DNA of 64,000 nt from NCBI GenBank assembly GCA_041576165.1, contig JBFGLM010000010.1, positions 32,001 to 96,000 of the forward strand, written 5' to 3'. Shown here piece after piece: positions 1 to 10,334 of the stretch (position 1 is the stretch's first letter; every line of letters starts with the position of its first letter). The notes beneath the pieces were generated by a model. It had not been told where the DNA came from. It saw nothing but the letters and a program-made list of their open reading frames with translations, and searched no databases. This DNA comes from Acidimicrobiia bacterium (GTDB taxonomy: Bacteria; Actinomycetota; Acidimicrobiia; Spongiisociales; Spongiisociaceae). Position numbers and translations under genes: made by a program.

Positions 1-693
1 ATCTCGATTCTCGGCGCCTTGCAGGCCCGCCAGCGCACTGGTCGGGGCCAGCGCACCGAGGTCACCCTGCACGACACGGGTCTGCAGATGCTGGCGAACG
101 TGGCGTCCAACACGCTGGTCTCCGGGGAAGATGCCGCCCGGTTCGGCAACGGGCACCCCAACATCGTGCCCTACCGCACCTACCCCACGGCGGACGGCGA
201 GCTGGCGGTGTCGGTTGGTAACGATGTCCAGTTTGCCCGCTTCGCCGAACTGGTCGGACACCCGGAGTGGGCATCCGACAACCGCTTCGCCCGCAACCGG
301 GACCGGGTGGCGAACCGCGAGCTCATCGACGACCTGATCGCGGAGGTGATGCGCGCCAAGACCAGGTCCGAATGGCAGGAGCTACTCGCTCCGGCAGGGA
401 TACCGGCCGGGCCGATCAACTCGGTGTCCGAGGCGCTCGGCAGCGAACAAGCCCGGGCTCGTGACATGGTGACGGAGGTCGAGCACCCGACGGTCGGCAG
501 GTTGCCGCTGATAGGAATCCCATTCCGTATGTTCGGAACACCGGCAACCATCCGGCGTCCACCGCCGCTGCTCGGCGAGCACACCGACGAAGTACTGGAA
601 GAGGTTCTGGAGCTGGACGCCGGCGCAATAGCGCAGCTGAACGAGTCGGGCGTAATCGGCTCGCAACCGGCTGTGGCGAGGGGAGGATCATGA
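1..693 (+). CDS. Family III CoA-transferase (CaiB/BaiF), 5' truncated by window edge
   Basis: GNGHPNIVPY, F..N..RV.NR, PAGPINSV and PPLLGEHT motifs; frame open to the edge. Confidence 0.9.
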   Translation: MSILGALQARQRTGRGQRTEVTLHDTGLQMLANVASNTLVSGEDAARFGNGHPNIVPYRTYPTADGELAVSVGNDVQFARFAELVGHPEWASDNRFARNRDRVANRELIDDLIAEVMRAKTRSEWQELLAPAGIPAGPINSVSEALGSEQARARDMVTEVEHPTVGRLPLIGIPFRMFGTPATIRRPPPLLGEHTDEVLEEVLELDAGAIAQLNESGVIGSQPAVARGGS

Positions 694-1754
694 CAAACGA
701 ATGGTGGCCGGAACTGGGCCCGGTATGGGAGCCGTCGAAGGCCGCAAAGCCCGCATATCCCACCGTCGACGTACACACCCACCTGATTGTGGATGCGAGC
801 AACGATCTCGCCCAGCCGTTCTTCAAACCGGAGATGGATCCCCGGACCTTCTTCTCTCCGGAAGAAAGCAAGCGCTACAACCAGGAATTCCGCAGCCAGC
901 CGCACATCGCGGCCAAGTTCCGAGAACCCGAAGCCCGCATCGAGGACATGGATCTCCAGGGCGTCGACATGCAGGTCATCTCGATCGCTCCGCCGCAGTA
1001 CTTCTACTGGCTCGATGCCGAGAACGCCGAGAAGGCCATTCGGGCCCAGCACGAGCGATTCGCAGACATCGTTCGCATGTACCCGGACCGGTTTGTGGCC
1101 GTCGCCAACCTGCCGATGGACCATCCCGATCTGGCGGTCGAGATCATGAAAGAGGCCAAGAACGATTACGGCTTCAACGGTTTCGAGATCAACGGCGACG
1201 TCAACGGCGGCGACTACGACGACCGCCGCTACGACCCGATCTGGGCGGCGGCGGAGGAACTGGAGATGACGATCATCCTCCACCCGCAGGGATTCACCCA
1301 CGGCCAGCGGATGGACGACTACTACCTCATCAACGTGATCTGTATGCCCTTGGCGTCGACTGTCGCCGTCTCACGGATGATCCTCGGTGGCGTTTGGCAT
1401 CGCCACCCCGACCTCAAGATGGTGGTCGTGCACGGCGGTGGCTATCTGCCGTTCTACCATGCCCGCAGTGACCATGCCTACGGTGTGCGCCCCGAGATGC
1501 GTAAGCACATCGACCGCCCTCCGAGCGAGTATCTGCACAAGCTGTATTTCGACACGACGGTGTTCAAACCGGAGATGATCCGCTACCTGGTCGACGAGTT
1601 CGGAGCCGACCACGTACTCATGGGGACGGACTACCCGTTCGACATGGGTCCCACCGATCCGCTCGCCTTCCTGGCGGACGTCCCGCTCACCGAGCACGAG
1701 CGCCGCCTGATCCTGGGCGGCAACGCGGCCCGGCTGTTCAAGATTTCGCTCTGA
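690..1754 (+). CDS. Amidohydrolase-2 family (ACMSD-like decarboxylase/hydratase) #1
   Basis: DVHTH, LHP, HGGG, GTDYPFDMG, GGNAARL; ATGA overlap with upstream stop. Confidence 0.9.
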   Translation: MTNEWWPELGPVWEPSKAAKPAYPTVDVHTHLIVDASNDLAQPFFKPEMDPRTFFSPEESKRYNQEFRSQPHIAAKFREPEARIEDMDLQGVDMQVISIAPPQYFYWLDAENAEKAIRAQHERFADIVRMYPDRFVAVANLPMDHPDLAVEIMKEAKNDYGFNGFEINGDVNGGDYDDRRYDPIWAAAEELEMTIILHPQGFTHGQRMDDYYLINVICMPLASTVAVSRMILGGVWHRHPDLKMVVVHGGGYLPFYHARSDHAYGVRPEMRKHIDRPPSEYLHKLYFDTTVFKPEMIRYLVDEFGADHVLMGTDYPFDMGPTDPLAFLADVPLTEHERRLILGGNAARLFKISL

Positions 1755-2269
1755 TGGCCCGGCTGCGACTGATAACCGACAAGGAGGGCCTGGACGTCCG
1801 CCAGACCGAGACCTTCGACTGGATCGTAGAGAGCCGCGGCCGGATGATCCGCCCCTACGAGGTCCTGCTCCATGCCCCGGAGCTGGCCCGTCCCGCCGCC
1901 GAACTCGGCCATCTGATCCGGTTCGAAGGCACACTTTGCGACCGGGACCGGGAACTGGCAATTATCACCGTAGGCAAGGCGCACGACTGCCAGTTCGAGT
2001 GGGACAGCCATATCGATCTGGCACGAGCGGCCGGCGTGAGCCCGGCCGCGGAAACGGTCCTGACGGGCGGGCGAGCTGAGCTGGATGATGAAGAGGCGCT
2101 GATCATCGGCTTCGTCCAGGAACTGTGCTCCCGCAGCCGGGTGTCGGACGAGACCTACGCGTCCGCCGAAGCGGTTCTGGGCACCCCGGCGGTCGTCGAA
2201 CTCACGGCGTTGGTCGGCTACTACACGATGCTCAGCTACGTGATGGCGGTAGCGGACGCCTGCTCGTGA
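1754..2269 (+). CDS. CMD/AhpD-like protein
   Basis: RELAII..G...C.FEW..H and ELT.LVGYY.M pattern; TGATG coupling. Confidence 0.8.
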   Translation: MARLRLITDKEGLDVRQTETFDWIVESRGRMIRPYEVLLHAPELARPAAELGHLIRFEGTLCDRDRELAIITVGKAHDCQFEWDSHIDLARAAGVSPAAETVLTGGRAELDDEEALIIGFVQELCSRSRVSDETYASAEAVLGTPAVVELTALVGYYTMLSYVMAVADACS

Positions 2270-3285
2270 GACGGCGGCCGGGTACCACCAGCACCGACAT
2301 TCACGCCCACATCGCGCCGGGTGACGCGTTGGCAGATATGCGCGTCATTCACCCGCCGGCGGTACCGGACATCGGACGAGATGGGGAGTTCGTCTATTTC
2401 CGATTCCCCGACGGTGTCGTGAACGGGCCGGTCCCTCGGGGCATCGTCGACGTGGAGGCCCGGCTCAACGACATGGCCAGGATGGGGGTTGACCACCAGA
2501 TCCTCAGCATCCGTCCCCGGCCCTTCACCTACGATCTGCCCGCGGAGCTGGCGGCCGGGCTTGCGGCGCGGGCCAACGAGAACATCGTGGCGGTCGCGAA
2601 ATCCCGGCCGGATGCGTTCTCGGTGATGATCAGTCTGCCGATGCAGTCCGCTGACGCCTCCATTGCCGAGATCGCGCGGTGGGCTCCCGACCGATTGGTG
2701 CGGGGCGCGCTCTTGGATTCGAACCTCGCCGGACGCGACTTTGCGGACCCGGCCTTCGATCCTGTCTGGGCGGCGCTCGAGGCGGCAGATCTGCCGATCC
2801 TGGTGCATCCCTATCAGGCAGATGTTGTGGGACGGCACCGGCTGAGCCGGCACTACCTGTTCAACCTGATCGGCAATCCGGCCGACACCACGATCGCCAT
2901 TGGCCAGGTGATCTTCGGCGGTCTTCTGGACCGCTACCCCAATCTGCGGTGGGCATTTGTCCACGGCGGCGGTGTGGCGCCCTATCTGCTCGGCCGGTGG
3001 GATCATGGTTGGGCCCGGCGGCCGGTCAGCCGTGAAGATATCCCACACACCCAGCCATCCACGCTCTTCCGGCGGTTGTGGTTCGACTGTCTGGTTCACG
3101 ATCCGCGGAGTTTGCGCTATCTGGCGGAGGTAGTTGGATGGGATCGAATCATGCTCGGGACCGACTACCCCTTTGACATGGGCCTGGATGAGCCTCTCGA
3201 GTTCATCGGCCGGGTTGCGCTTTCCGACATCGAACGAAAAGCATTGCTGAGCAACAACGCCGTTGAGTTTCTGCGACCAAGATGA
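2266..3285 (+). CDS. Amidohydrolase-2 family #2
   Basis: DIHAH, VHP, HGGG, GTDYPFDMG; GTGA overlap start chosen over the ORF-track start. Confidence 0.88.
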   Translation: MRRRPGTTSTDIHAHIAPGDALADMRVIHPPAVPDIGRDGEFVYFRFPDGVVNGPVPRGIVDVEARLNDMARMGVDHQILSIRPRPFTYDLPAELAAGLAARANENIVAVAKSRPDAFSVMISLPMQSADASIAEIARWAPDRLVRGALLDSNLAGRDFADPAFDPVWAALEAADLPILVHPYQADVVGRHRLSRHYLFNLIGNPADTTIAIGQVIFGGLLDRYPNLRWAFVHGGGVAPYLLGRWDHGWARRPVSREDIPHTQPSTLFRRLWFDCLVHDPRSLRYLAEVVGWDRIMLGTDYPFDMGLDEPLEFIGRVALSDIERKALLSNNAVEFLRPR

Positions 3286-4265
3286 CTCCGCTGTCGAACA
3301 TTCGCGCATACCGGAGCGCAGGTTTGCTGCCGGCGCTCTTGGCGGCAGTGGTGGTCGGTGTCGCCTGCTCGTCGCCTCCCGACACGGTGGCGACCATCGA
3401 CGGCATACACATCGAGCGACACCGACTCGAGGCCCTCCACCCGGCCGAATACGAACTGGTCCCCGATGAGACCGCGTCCAGCCTGCTGCTGCTGATGATC
3501 CATGATGTGTTCATCGCGGCCGCGGAGGCTGACCTCGGAATCACCGTTCCCCGGGAGCTCGCCGACTCGGCGTTTGCTGCCCGGACGCAGAGTGCCGGCA
3601 ACATCGGGGAGCTCGACGCTGTTCTCGCCAACCGGGGTGAGACCGTCAGGCGTGTCCGCCTCGAGGCTGACCTCGATGCGCTCCGTGAGCTGGTCGGACC
3701 GGCACTGGTCCGACGCGAGGTTGACGGCTTCGACATCGATGCCGCCTACGAGAGCTACCTGCTGGAGGAAGCGCATGTCTGTGTTCGCCAGATCCAGCTG
3801 GACAGCACAGCCGACATCGGAATGATCATCGAGCGGGCAAACGGCGGCGAATCGTTTTCCGCACTCGCCCGAGAGTTCTCTACGGACCGCCTGGCGCAGC
3901 GTCCGGAAGGTGAATCAGGCGCGGGCGGCGACATGGGATGCAGTTATCCCAATGCCTTCGGACTCGGCCTGGCCCAAGCCGCCCTCGACACGGCTATCCC
4001 GGTGGGCGAGGCGTTCGGGCCGGTGATCGGCAGCCGCGGGTTGCATGTGATGGTTGTGTACGAACGCGAGATCGCCAACCTGGCGGACGTGCGGCAGGCG
4101 GTGATCGCGGCCGCCGAGGGCGTGCAGGGACCGGATCTCTTCATCCAATGGGGCCTGGAGATATTGCGCCAAGCCGACGTTTCGATCCACGAGAACTACG
4201 GGACCTGGGAACCGGCGCCCGGGACGAACGGCGTCCCCACCGTCGTGCCGCCCGAGCAGGATTGA
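3282..4265 (+). CDS. PrsA/SurA-like lipoprotein with parvulin (PpiC) domain
   Basis: Lipobox VGVAC; FSALAREFSTD..GGDMG parvulin motif. Confidence 0.7.
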   Translation: MTPLSNIRAYRSAGLLPALLAAVVVGVACSSPPDTVATIDGIHIERHRLEALHPAEYELVPDETASSLLLLMIHDVFIAAAEADLGITVPRELADSAFAARTQSAGNIGELDAVLANRGETVRRVRLEADLDALRELVGPALVRREVDGFDIDAAYESYLLEEAHVCVRQIQLDSTADIGMIIERANGGESFSALAREFSTDRLAQRPEGESGAGGDMGCSYPNAFGLGLAQAALDTAIPVGEAFGPVIGSRGLHVMVVYEREIANLADVRQAVIAAAEGVQGPDLFIQWGLEILRQADVSIHENYGTWEPAPGTNGVPTVVPPEQD

Positions 4266-4312
4266 CAGGTGGCCGTCAGCTGATAGTCAGGTCCCGGAAC
4301 GATCATGCAGAT

Positions 4313-5284
4313 ATGCACGAGCACAACGCAGCAATCGCAGGAGTGGTCTGCGAGGGCCTGACCGTCCGGTACGGGACGCTGGTGGCGGTTGACGCCGTGT
4401 CCCTCCAGGTGCAGCGGGGCGAAGTCTTTGGGCTGCTGGGCCCCAACGGGGCGGGGAAAACGTCCGTCATCAGGGCCCTGACCACGATCATCCAGCCGGC
4501 CGGCGGCACCGCTCTAGTGGCGGGTGCCCGGCTCGACCAGCCGGGGGAAGTCCGGCAGCGGATCGGGGTCCTCCCTGAGAGCAACGGCTATCCCAACAGT
4601 CAAACGGCCGCGGACTATTTGACCTTCTACGCGATGCTCTTTGGGGTTTCCCGGGTTGAAGCGGCTCGGCGCGCCGAAGAAGGGTTGTCCGACGTGGGGC
4701 TGGCTGACCGGGCCCGGCAGCGGATCGCAACGTTCAGCCGGGGGATGCGCCAGCGCCTCGGACTCGCCCGCGCGATGGTCAGCAAACCTCAAGTGATGTT
4801 CTTGGATGAGCCGACGCTCGGACTCGATCCGGCCGGGCGCGAGGACATCCTGCATCACCTGACGTCGATCGCTGCGCGAGGCGAGACCACGATTCTGCTG
4901 TGCAGCCACCTACTGGACGATGTTGAGCGTATCTGCGATCGGGTGGCGATTCTGCACCAAGGTCGCATCGTGAGCGCAGGGTCTGTGGCCGATGTCGTAC
5001 ACCATGCTGCTGTAGGAACCACGGCCCGTTTGACGGTCGACCCCCGTGACGCGCATGCCGCCCAGCAGGCCGCTTCGGCTGCTCCATTCGTCCTGGCTGC
5101 GGACCTGCATCCCACGCGGCGGGATGAGGTCGTCGTTCACCTCCGCGACTCGGCCGGGTCGGCCAACGCGCTGGCATCCGTCATGGTTCGCCACGAAATC
5201 CCGTTTCGCTCGATCGAGCTACGCGGGGCCCGACTCAGTGATGCGTTCCTGGCCTTTACCGGCGGGGCGAAGGAAACGATATGA
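4313..5284 (+). CDS. ABC-2 type ATP-binding protein
   Basis: GPNGAGKT, FSRGMRQR signature, LDEPT, SH switch; start re-picked at 4313. Confidence 0.92.
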   Translation: MHEHNAAIAGVVCEGLTVRYGTLVAVDAVSLQVQRGEVFGLLGPNGAGKTSVIRALTTIIQPAGGTALVAGARLDQPGEVRQRIGVLPESNGYPNSQTAADYLTFYAMLFGVSRVEAARRAEEGLSDVGLADRARQRIATFSRGMRQRLGLARAMVSKPQVMFLDEPTLGLDPAGREDILHHLTSIAARGETTILLCSHLLDDVERICDRVAILHQGRIVSAGSVADVVHHAAVGTTARLTVDPRDAHAAQQAASAAPFVLAADLHPTRRDEVVVHLRDSAGSANALASVMVRHEIPFRSIELRGARLSDAFLAFTGGAKETI

Positions 5285-6078
5285 CGGTACGGCAGGTCGA
5301 AGGGGCGATGGCCTGGCGAAGCGGCGGGGTCGTATTACGCCAAGAGCTGAAGGAGTTATGGGGGAGCTTGAAGGGCCTCACGGTGCTGCTGGCCTACACG
5401 GTGTTGCTGAGCGTGATGTCCTATGTCGCGGCCAGTGACGCACAGCTCAACTTGCTGGATGCGAGGGAGTCTGTCGGCATCATCGTGCAGGTTGCGCTCG
5501 GACTCGGTGCGCTCGCTGCGCTCGTGGTCGGCGCCGACGCCATCTCGGGGGAGCGGGAGCGGGGGACGCTCGAGGCTCTGCTGGTGACCCCGGTACCTCG
5601 CCGGAGCCTGGTGATCGGCAAGCTCCTGGCCGCCAACACGATGTGGTTCGCGGCGCTGGTAGTGGCGCTGCCGTATGTCTTCGTTCTGGCCTCAGGACCG
5701 GGCGTGGCGGCGGATGCCCTCGCCGTGCTGATCCTGGTCGGATCGCTCGTTTCGGTCGCGCTGGCAGCGCTGGGCTTGGCGGTGAGCGCCATCTCGAAGT
5801 CAAACCGCGTCAGCCTCGCCGCCAGCATCGGGGTGCTGCTGGTGCTGGCCGCCCCCAGCCAGCTGCCGGCCGTGACTGCCAACGGGGTGCTCGGGTCGAT
5901 TCTGATCCGGGCGAATCCGGTCAGCGCCGGTCTGAAGCTGGCAAGCGAGGTGCTCATCTCGCAGAAGTCGTGGGCGTCGCAATGGACGCTGCTGATCTCG
6001 CCTGCGATAGCTGCGGTCGTGCTCACCCTGGTAGCGATCGCCATGTCCCGGCGGGTGGAGCTGGGGGGTGCCCGATGA
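5281..6078 (+). CDS. ABC-2 type permease
   Basis: Multiple TM helices; ISGERERGTLEALLVTP..R..L..GK motif. Confidence 0.88.
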   Translation: MTVRQVEGAMAWRSGGVVLRQELKELWGSLKGLTVLLAYTVLLSVMSYVAASDAQLNLLDARESVGIIVQVALGLGALAALVVGADAISGERERGTLEALLVTPVPRRSLVIGKLLAANTMWFAALVVALPYVFVLASGPGVAADALAVLILVGSLVSVALAALGLAVSAISKSNRVSLAASIGVLLVLAAPSQLPAVTANGVLGSILIRANPVSAGLKLASEVLISQKSWASQWTLLISPAIAAVVLTLVAIAMSRRVELGGAR

Positions 6079-6608
6079 AACACGTCGCAGCGATGACGGT
6101 CTGGACGGTCGTGATACTCGGCCTCGCTCCACCCGTTGGAGCACAGAGTGACGACCCGCTGAGCGTGGTCATCAACCCGGCCGGGGTGGAATCGAGGCTG
6201 GGCGACACGATCGAAGTGGAGGTGGTCGTCACCAACCAAACGGCCAGGCCGATCAGCGACGTCGCCGTGCACCTGGACATCACGGATCCCAGCACGGAGG
6301 GCTCGGTCGATCCGGAGGATTGGACTGCGACACTCACACAACCGGCCGGGACAGTGGAGCCGGGCCAGTCCGTCACCCTTCAGTGGTCACTACAGCCGAT
6401 CAGCGGTGGACGGTTCACAGCTTATGCAGTGGCGCTTCATCCGGCGTCGTCAGGGGTCGCGGCATCGAACGCAGCGACGATCACGGTGGCCGAGCAACGC
6501 GCACTCAATCCCGAAGGGGTGCTGCCCATCGCCATCGGCGGTCCCGTGTTGATCGGCGGTTTGCTGGTACTGCGGTGGCGGGCGCGCCGCACTGCCACAG
6601 CGGTCTGA
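6075..6608 (+). CDS. Secreted Ig-like protein with C-terminal membrane anchor
   Basis: ATGA overlap; signal peptide (VGA-Q); beta-rich body; TM helix followed by RWRARR. Confidence 0.7.
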   Translation: MKHVAAMTVWTVVILGLAPPVGAQSDDPLSVVINPAGVESRLGDTIEVEVVVTNQTARPISDVAVHLDITDPSTEGSVDPEDWTATLTQPAGTVEPGQSVTLQWSLQPISGGRFTAYAVALHPASSGVAASNAATITVAEQRALNPEGVLPIAIGGPVLIGGLLVLRWRARRTATAV

Positions 6609-6762
6609 GGGCGATTTCTCCAGCCGGCTCAGCTGAGGTGCGGCGACGACCGATCAGCCGTGGGTATCAGCGACCAGTCCTTTCCGTGATCGACGGTGCC
6701 CAAAAGGTTCCATGATGCGGCGCCGGATCGGCGATGATGAGGCCCGGAATCGCGGGTCGGTC

Positions 6763-7755
6763 TCAGCGCCCGGTCAGCAACTCGGCCACGTCCACCGGGC
6801 AGCCACCACCCGCGGCCGATTCCACTATCGCTTCCATCACTGCGACGACGGCCAGTGCAGCTTCGCCGTCGGTCTCGGGTGGTTCGCCGGTGCGGATGCT
6901 GTTCACAAACGCGGCGATGTTGGCGGCCACGCCGTCGACCGGTTCGATGGGACGCTCGACCCAGGTGTCGTCCGGTAGGGACGCCGTGAACAACCGCCGG
7001 CCGTCGTCTTCGCTGCGGGCGGCGGCCATCGTCCCGAATACAGCGACGGTGGCCACGGTTGGGGTGCGCAGCGAGGTTCGCAGCGTGCCCTGGACGTTTG
7101 ATTCGAAGTCCAGCAGCACGCTGGTTGCGTCGTCCAGGCTGGAACCAGGGAGGGTGTTGGTGCTCATCGCCCACAGCCTGCGCAGCGGGCCGGCCAGGTA
7201 CAAGAGATCATCGGCGGTGTGCACTCCCAGCGCAGTCATCGCCCCCGCCGGTGCCTCGTCCGGCTCGTCCCGCCACGGACGATTCGGATCTGGTCCGAAC
7301 GGCTTGGAGAAATGCCCGTCGACTTGGAGCAGCACGCCGAGGTCGCCCGCATCCAGCATGGCCTTGATCCGGCGAATCGGCGCGAATCGGCGCCGGTAGT
7401 GCGCCACCTGGAGCAGCACCTCCGCGGCCGCCGCTGCATCGACCGCCCGGCGGCCCTCCGCCACGGTCAGCGAAAGCGGTTTCTCACACATCACGTGGGT
7501 TCCGGTCGCGGCCGCCGCCTCGACGAGCGCCACGTGCGTTGAGTGCGGCGTGGCGATCAGCACGCCGTCGACCCGGTCGAACAACTCATCGAGAGAGGTG
7601 GCCGGCACACAGCCGGTATGCGCGGCAAAGGCCTCGCGAGTAGCCGGGGTGCGGGCGAAGCACGCACTCAACTCGGCTCCCTCGATCGATTCGATGGCCC
7701 GGGTCAGGCGCTTGGCCCAGTTTCCCAGGCCGACCAGGCCCAGACGGGTGGTCAT
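6763..7755 (-). CDS. Gfo/Idh/MocA oxidoreductase (group A)
   Basis: GLVGLG.W, ATPHSTH, CEKP. Confidence 0.9.
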   Translation of the reverse strand: MTTRLGLVGLGNWAKRLTRAIESIEGAELSACFARTPATREAFAAHTGCVPATSLDELFDRVDGVLIATPHSTHVALVEAAAATGTHVMCEKPLSLTVAEGRRAVDAAAAAEVLLQVAHYRRRFAPIRRIKAMLDAGDLGVLLQVDGHFSKPFGPDPNRPWRDEPDEAPAGAMTALGVHTADDLLYLAGPLRRLWAMSTNTLPGSSLDDATSVLLDFESNVQGTLRTSLRTPTVATVAVFGTMAAARSEDDGRRLFTASLPDDTWVERPIEPVDGVAANIAAFVNSIRTGEPPETDGEAALAVVAVMEAIVESAAGGGCPVDVAELLTGR

Positions 7756-8852
7756 GAATCGGCGCGGTACTGGTCCAGTTTCTCCTCGTCGATCTCAACC
7801 CCTACGCCGGGTGTGTCGGCCGGATGCAGGTGCCCGTCGACAGGAAGGAACGGCTCAGTCACGATGTCATCGGTGATGTAGTGAGGCGAGATGCCGCTGC
7901 CGAACACCAGGTTCGGCACGGCCTTCGCGACATGGGCTGCGTGGGCGGCCCCGATACTGGTCTGCCCGGCCATTCCTGCCAGGTGCACGCCAATCCCGGC
8001 CGCGTCAGCCACGGAGAACAGATCCAGCAATCCCAGCGGTCCGGCCGCTTTCATCATCTTGGCCACGACGGCTCCGCAAGCCTTGGCTTGCAGGTGAGTC
8101 TGCAGGTCGTGGGCGTCGAAGATGCCCTCGTCGCCCGCCACCAGCACCGGGCTCCTGGCTGTCAGCTCGGCCATGCCCATGAGATTCCAGCGAGGAAGCG
8201 GTTGCTCCACGAAGCCTGGTCGGGCGTCTGCGACAGCATGCAGATATCGCAACGCGGTGCCGACATCCCAGCCCTGATTGGCGTCGGGCAGCAGCATGAC
8301 CTCGGGGCCGATCGCATCGCGGGTCAGCCGTGTGGCCTCGATGTTGTGTTCGACCTCGCCGCCTACCTTGACCTTGATCAGCGGGAATCCGTTGGCGACT
8401 GCCTTGGCCGCCTCCTCGGCGATGGCTTGGGGACTGCCGCCGGACACGTGCCAGATGGTGGGCACGGAGTCGCGAGCAGAACCACCGAACCACAGGTACA
8501 AGGGTACGCCGGCCGCCTTGGCGACAACATCGTGCAGCGCCATCTCGACCGCCGCCTTGGCACCGTGATTGAATACTGCCACCCGGCTCATCAAATGGCG
8601 GATCTCGCGCAGCCGCGAAGGGTCCATCCCCACCAGAGCGTCGGTGATCGATCTGATGAAATCGGCGGCAGAGGCGTGACTCTCACCTGAGAAGTAGCGA
8701 GCGAGCACGCTCTCTCCCACCCCGACGACCCCATCATCGGTGGTGATCCGCACCACCAGGCAGGTGCGAACGTGGACCGTGGCGACGGCCATCTTGAGCG
8801 GCCGGTGCAGGGGGATCGAGATGGGAATGGCCTCGAGCTGGGCTATCTGCAT
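7752..8852 (-). CDS. Enolase superfamily (muconate cycloisomerase/dipeptide epimerase-like)
   Basis: KVKVG, DANQG, EQP, GDE, K ligands; start MQIAQLE after GGAG. Confidence 0.88.
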   Translation of the reverse strand: MQIAQLEAIPISIPLHRPLKMAVATVHVRTCLVVRITTDDGVVGVGESVLARYFSGESHASAADFIRSITDALVGMDPSRLREIRHLMSRVAVFNHGAKAAVEMALHDVVAKAAGVPLYLWFGGSARDSVPTIWHVSGGSPQAIAEEAAKAVANGFPLIKVKVGGEVEHNIEATRLTRDAIGPEVMLLPDANQGWDVGTALRYLHAVADARPGFVEQPLPRWNLMGMAELTARSPVLVAGDEGIFDAHDLQTHLQAKACGAVVAKMMKAAGPLGLLDLFSVADAAGIGVHLAGMAGQTSIGAAHAAHVAKAVPNLVFGSGISPHYITDDIVTEPFLPVDGHLHPADTPGVGVEIDEEKLDQYRADS

Positions 8853-8885
8853 GGGGGGCTCCTGGGGCGGCGGCTCGACTGATCT

Positions 8886-8905
8886 CGTATCATGCATCAT
8901 ATAGA
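8886..8905. promoter_or_regulatory. Shared operator/-10 motif copy 1 (divergent region)
   Basis: CGTATCATGCATCATATAGA; similar to 19719 and 23020. Confidence 0.55.
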
Positions 8906-8954
8906 ACGATCGAAGGGACGGCCCGGCCGCGCGGCCCGGGCGGCGGAGGGAACG

Positions 8955-10331
8955 ATGGAAATCGCAGAACGTTATGCGGAGTACGCCTCGACGCTGCAGT
9001 ACGACGACCTCCCGGATGCGGTGGTCGACCACGCCAAGAAGCTGATCCTCGACATTGTGGCGAACGACCTCGGGGGTCATGCGTGGATGGAATCCGGTCC
9101 GAAAGTAGTGAAGGGAGTTCGGGCGCTGAACCGGGCCGGGACAGGCGCCACGGTACTGGCCACCGGCGAGCAGATGGCGCCGGAGTGGGCGACGCTCGTC
9201 AACGGGACGTTGGCCCATAGCCTCGACTACGACAATCACCATGCCAAAGGAGTCATCCACGCCGGCAGCTCGGTCGTGAACGCCGCCCTGGCAGCTGGGG
9301 AGGAGAACGGGTCAACGGGTAAGGAGTTCCTGACTGCGGTCGTGATCGGCTATGAGATCGCCACCAGGCTGGCGATGGCGCTGGGCCCTCACAGCTCCCA
9401 CGAGATGGGATTCCATCCGACCGCGACGTGTGCCACGTTCGCCGCATCGGCGCTGATCGGGCGGCTGCGAGGACAGTCCGCCGACGAGATCGTCAATGCC
9501 ATGGGACTCAACGGATCTCAAGCGGCCGGCTCCATGCAATACGTGAAGAACGGGGCCTGGAACAAAAGGGCCCACCCGGGCTGGGCGACCCATTCCGCGT
9601 TCGTGGCGTCCACCCTGGCAGCACACGGGTTCATCGGCGCGGCCGAGGTGTTCGAAGGCGACCAGGGCTTCTTGCAGGGGTACGCGCTGCGCCCCCGGCC
9701 CGCCGAAGCCACTCGAACGCTCGGCGAAAGCCACGAGACGCTCGAGATCGCGATCAAGCCCTTTTCGCTGTGCCGTTACACGCACCAGGCGCTGGACTTG
9801 TTGATCACCCTGACCATCGAGCGGGAGATCGACCCCGACGATGTCAACTCCATCGTGATCGACATGCCCGCCTACGGGGTTCAGCTGTGCGGATCGCCGA
9901 TCGAAGCGAAACGCCAACCCACGTCCCCGGTTGATGCCCAGTTCAGCGGTCCGTTTGCGGCTGCGCTGGCGTTGACCGAGCGCAAGGCGGGGATGGACGT
10001 ATTCGTGGACGTCCTGCAGAACAAGATGGACGACCGGTTCCGGCGGCTGATGAACATCACCGATGTGCGACAGGCGGACGACCTCGACTCCATCCATCCG
10101 GAGTTCTGGCCCGGGCGGGTCACGATCGATGTCGGGGGCGAGATCATCGAGCGGTACAGCAAGCATATGAAGGGCGAGAAGGAGCGGCCGATGTCTTTTG
10201 AGGATGTGGAGGCCAAGCTGGTCGAACTGAGCCCCAATCACACGGATGCGCAGCGCAAGGCGGTCGCCGAAGCGGTCAGGAACATCGAGGACGTGGTTGT
10301 GGACGAGCTCGTAGCGCCGCTGCGGGCGTAG
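8955..10331 (+). CDS. MmgE/PrpD family protein
   Basis: NGTLAHSLDYD..H, GFHPT, KRAHPG, IKPFSLCRYTH, AQFS; GGAGG RBS. Confidence 0.92.
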   Translation: MEIAERYAEYASTLQYDDLPDAVVDHAKKLILDIVANDLGGHAWMESGPKVVKGVRALNRAGTGATVLATGEQMAPEWATLVNGTLAHSLDYDNHHAKGVIHAGSSVVNAALAAGEENGSTGKEFLTAVVIGYEIATRLAMALGPHSSHEMGFHPTATCATFAASALIGRLRGQSADEIVNAMGLNGSQAAGSMQYVKNGAWNKRAHPGWATHSAFVASTLAAHGFIGAAEVFEGDQGFLQGYALRPRPAEATRTLGESHETLEIAIKPFSLCRYTHQALDLLITLTIEREIDPDDVNSIVIDMPAYGVQLCGSPIEAKRQPTSPVDAQFSGPFAAALALTERKAGMDVFVDVLQNKMDDRFRRLMNITDVRQADDLDSIHPEFWPGRVTIDVGGEIIERYSKHMKGEKERPMSFEDVEAKLVELSPNHTDAQRKAVAEAVRNIEDVVVDELVAPLRA

Positions 10332-10334
10332 GCG

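Noticed and set aside
180-1301. Long antisense or alternate-frame ORFs (e.g. 180-1301, 9312-10421, 11589-12860, 27091-28338, 58188-59330, 61529-62629)
   Set aside because: Shadow ORFs typical of high-GC genes; they overlap well-supported CDSs and lack motifs
4301-4314. GATCATGCAGATAT as a fourth copy of the shared operator
   Set aside because: Only the core matches; flanks and spacing differ
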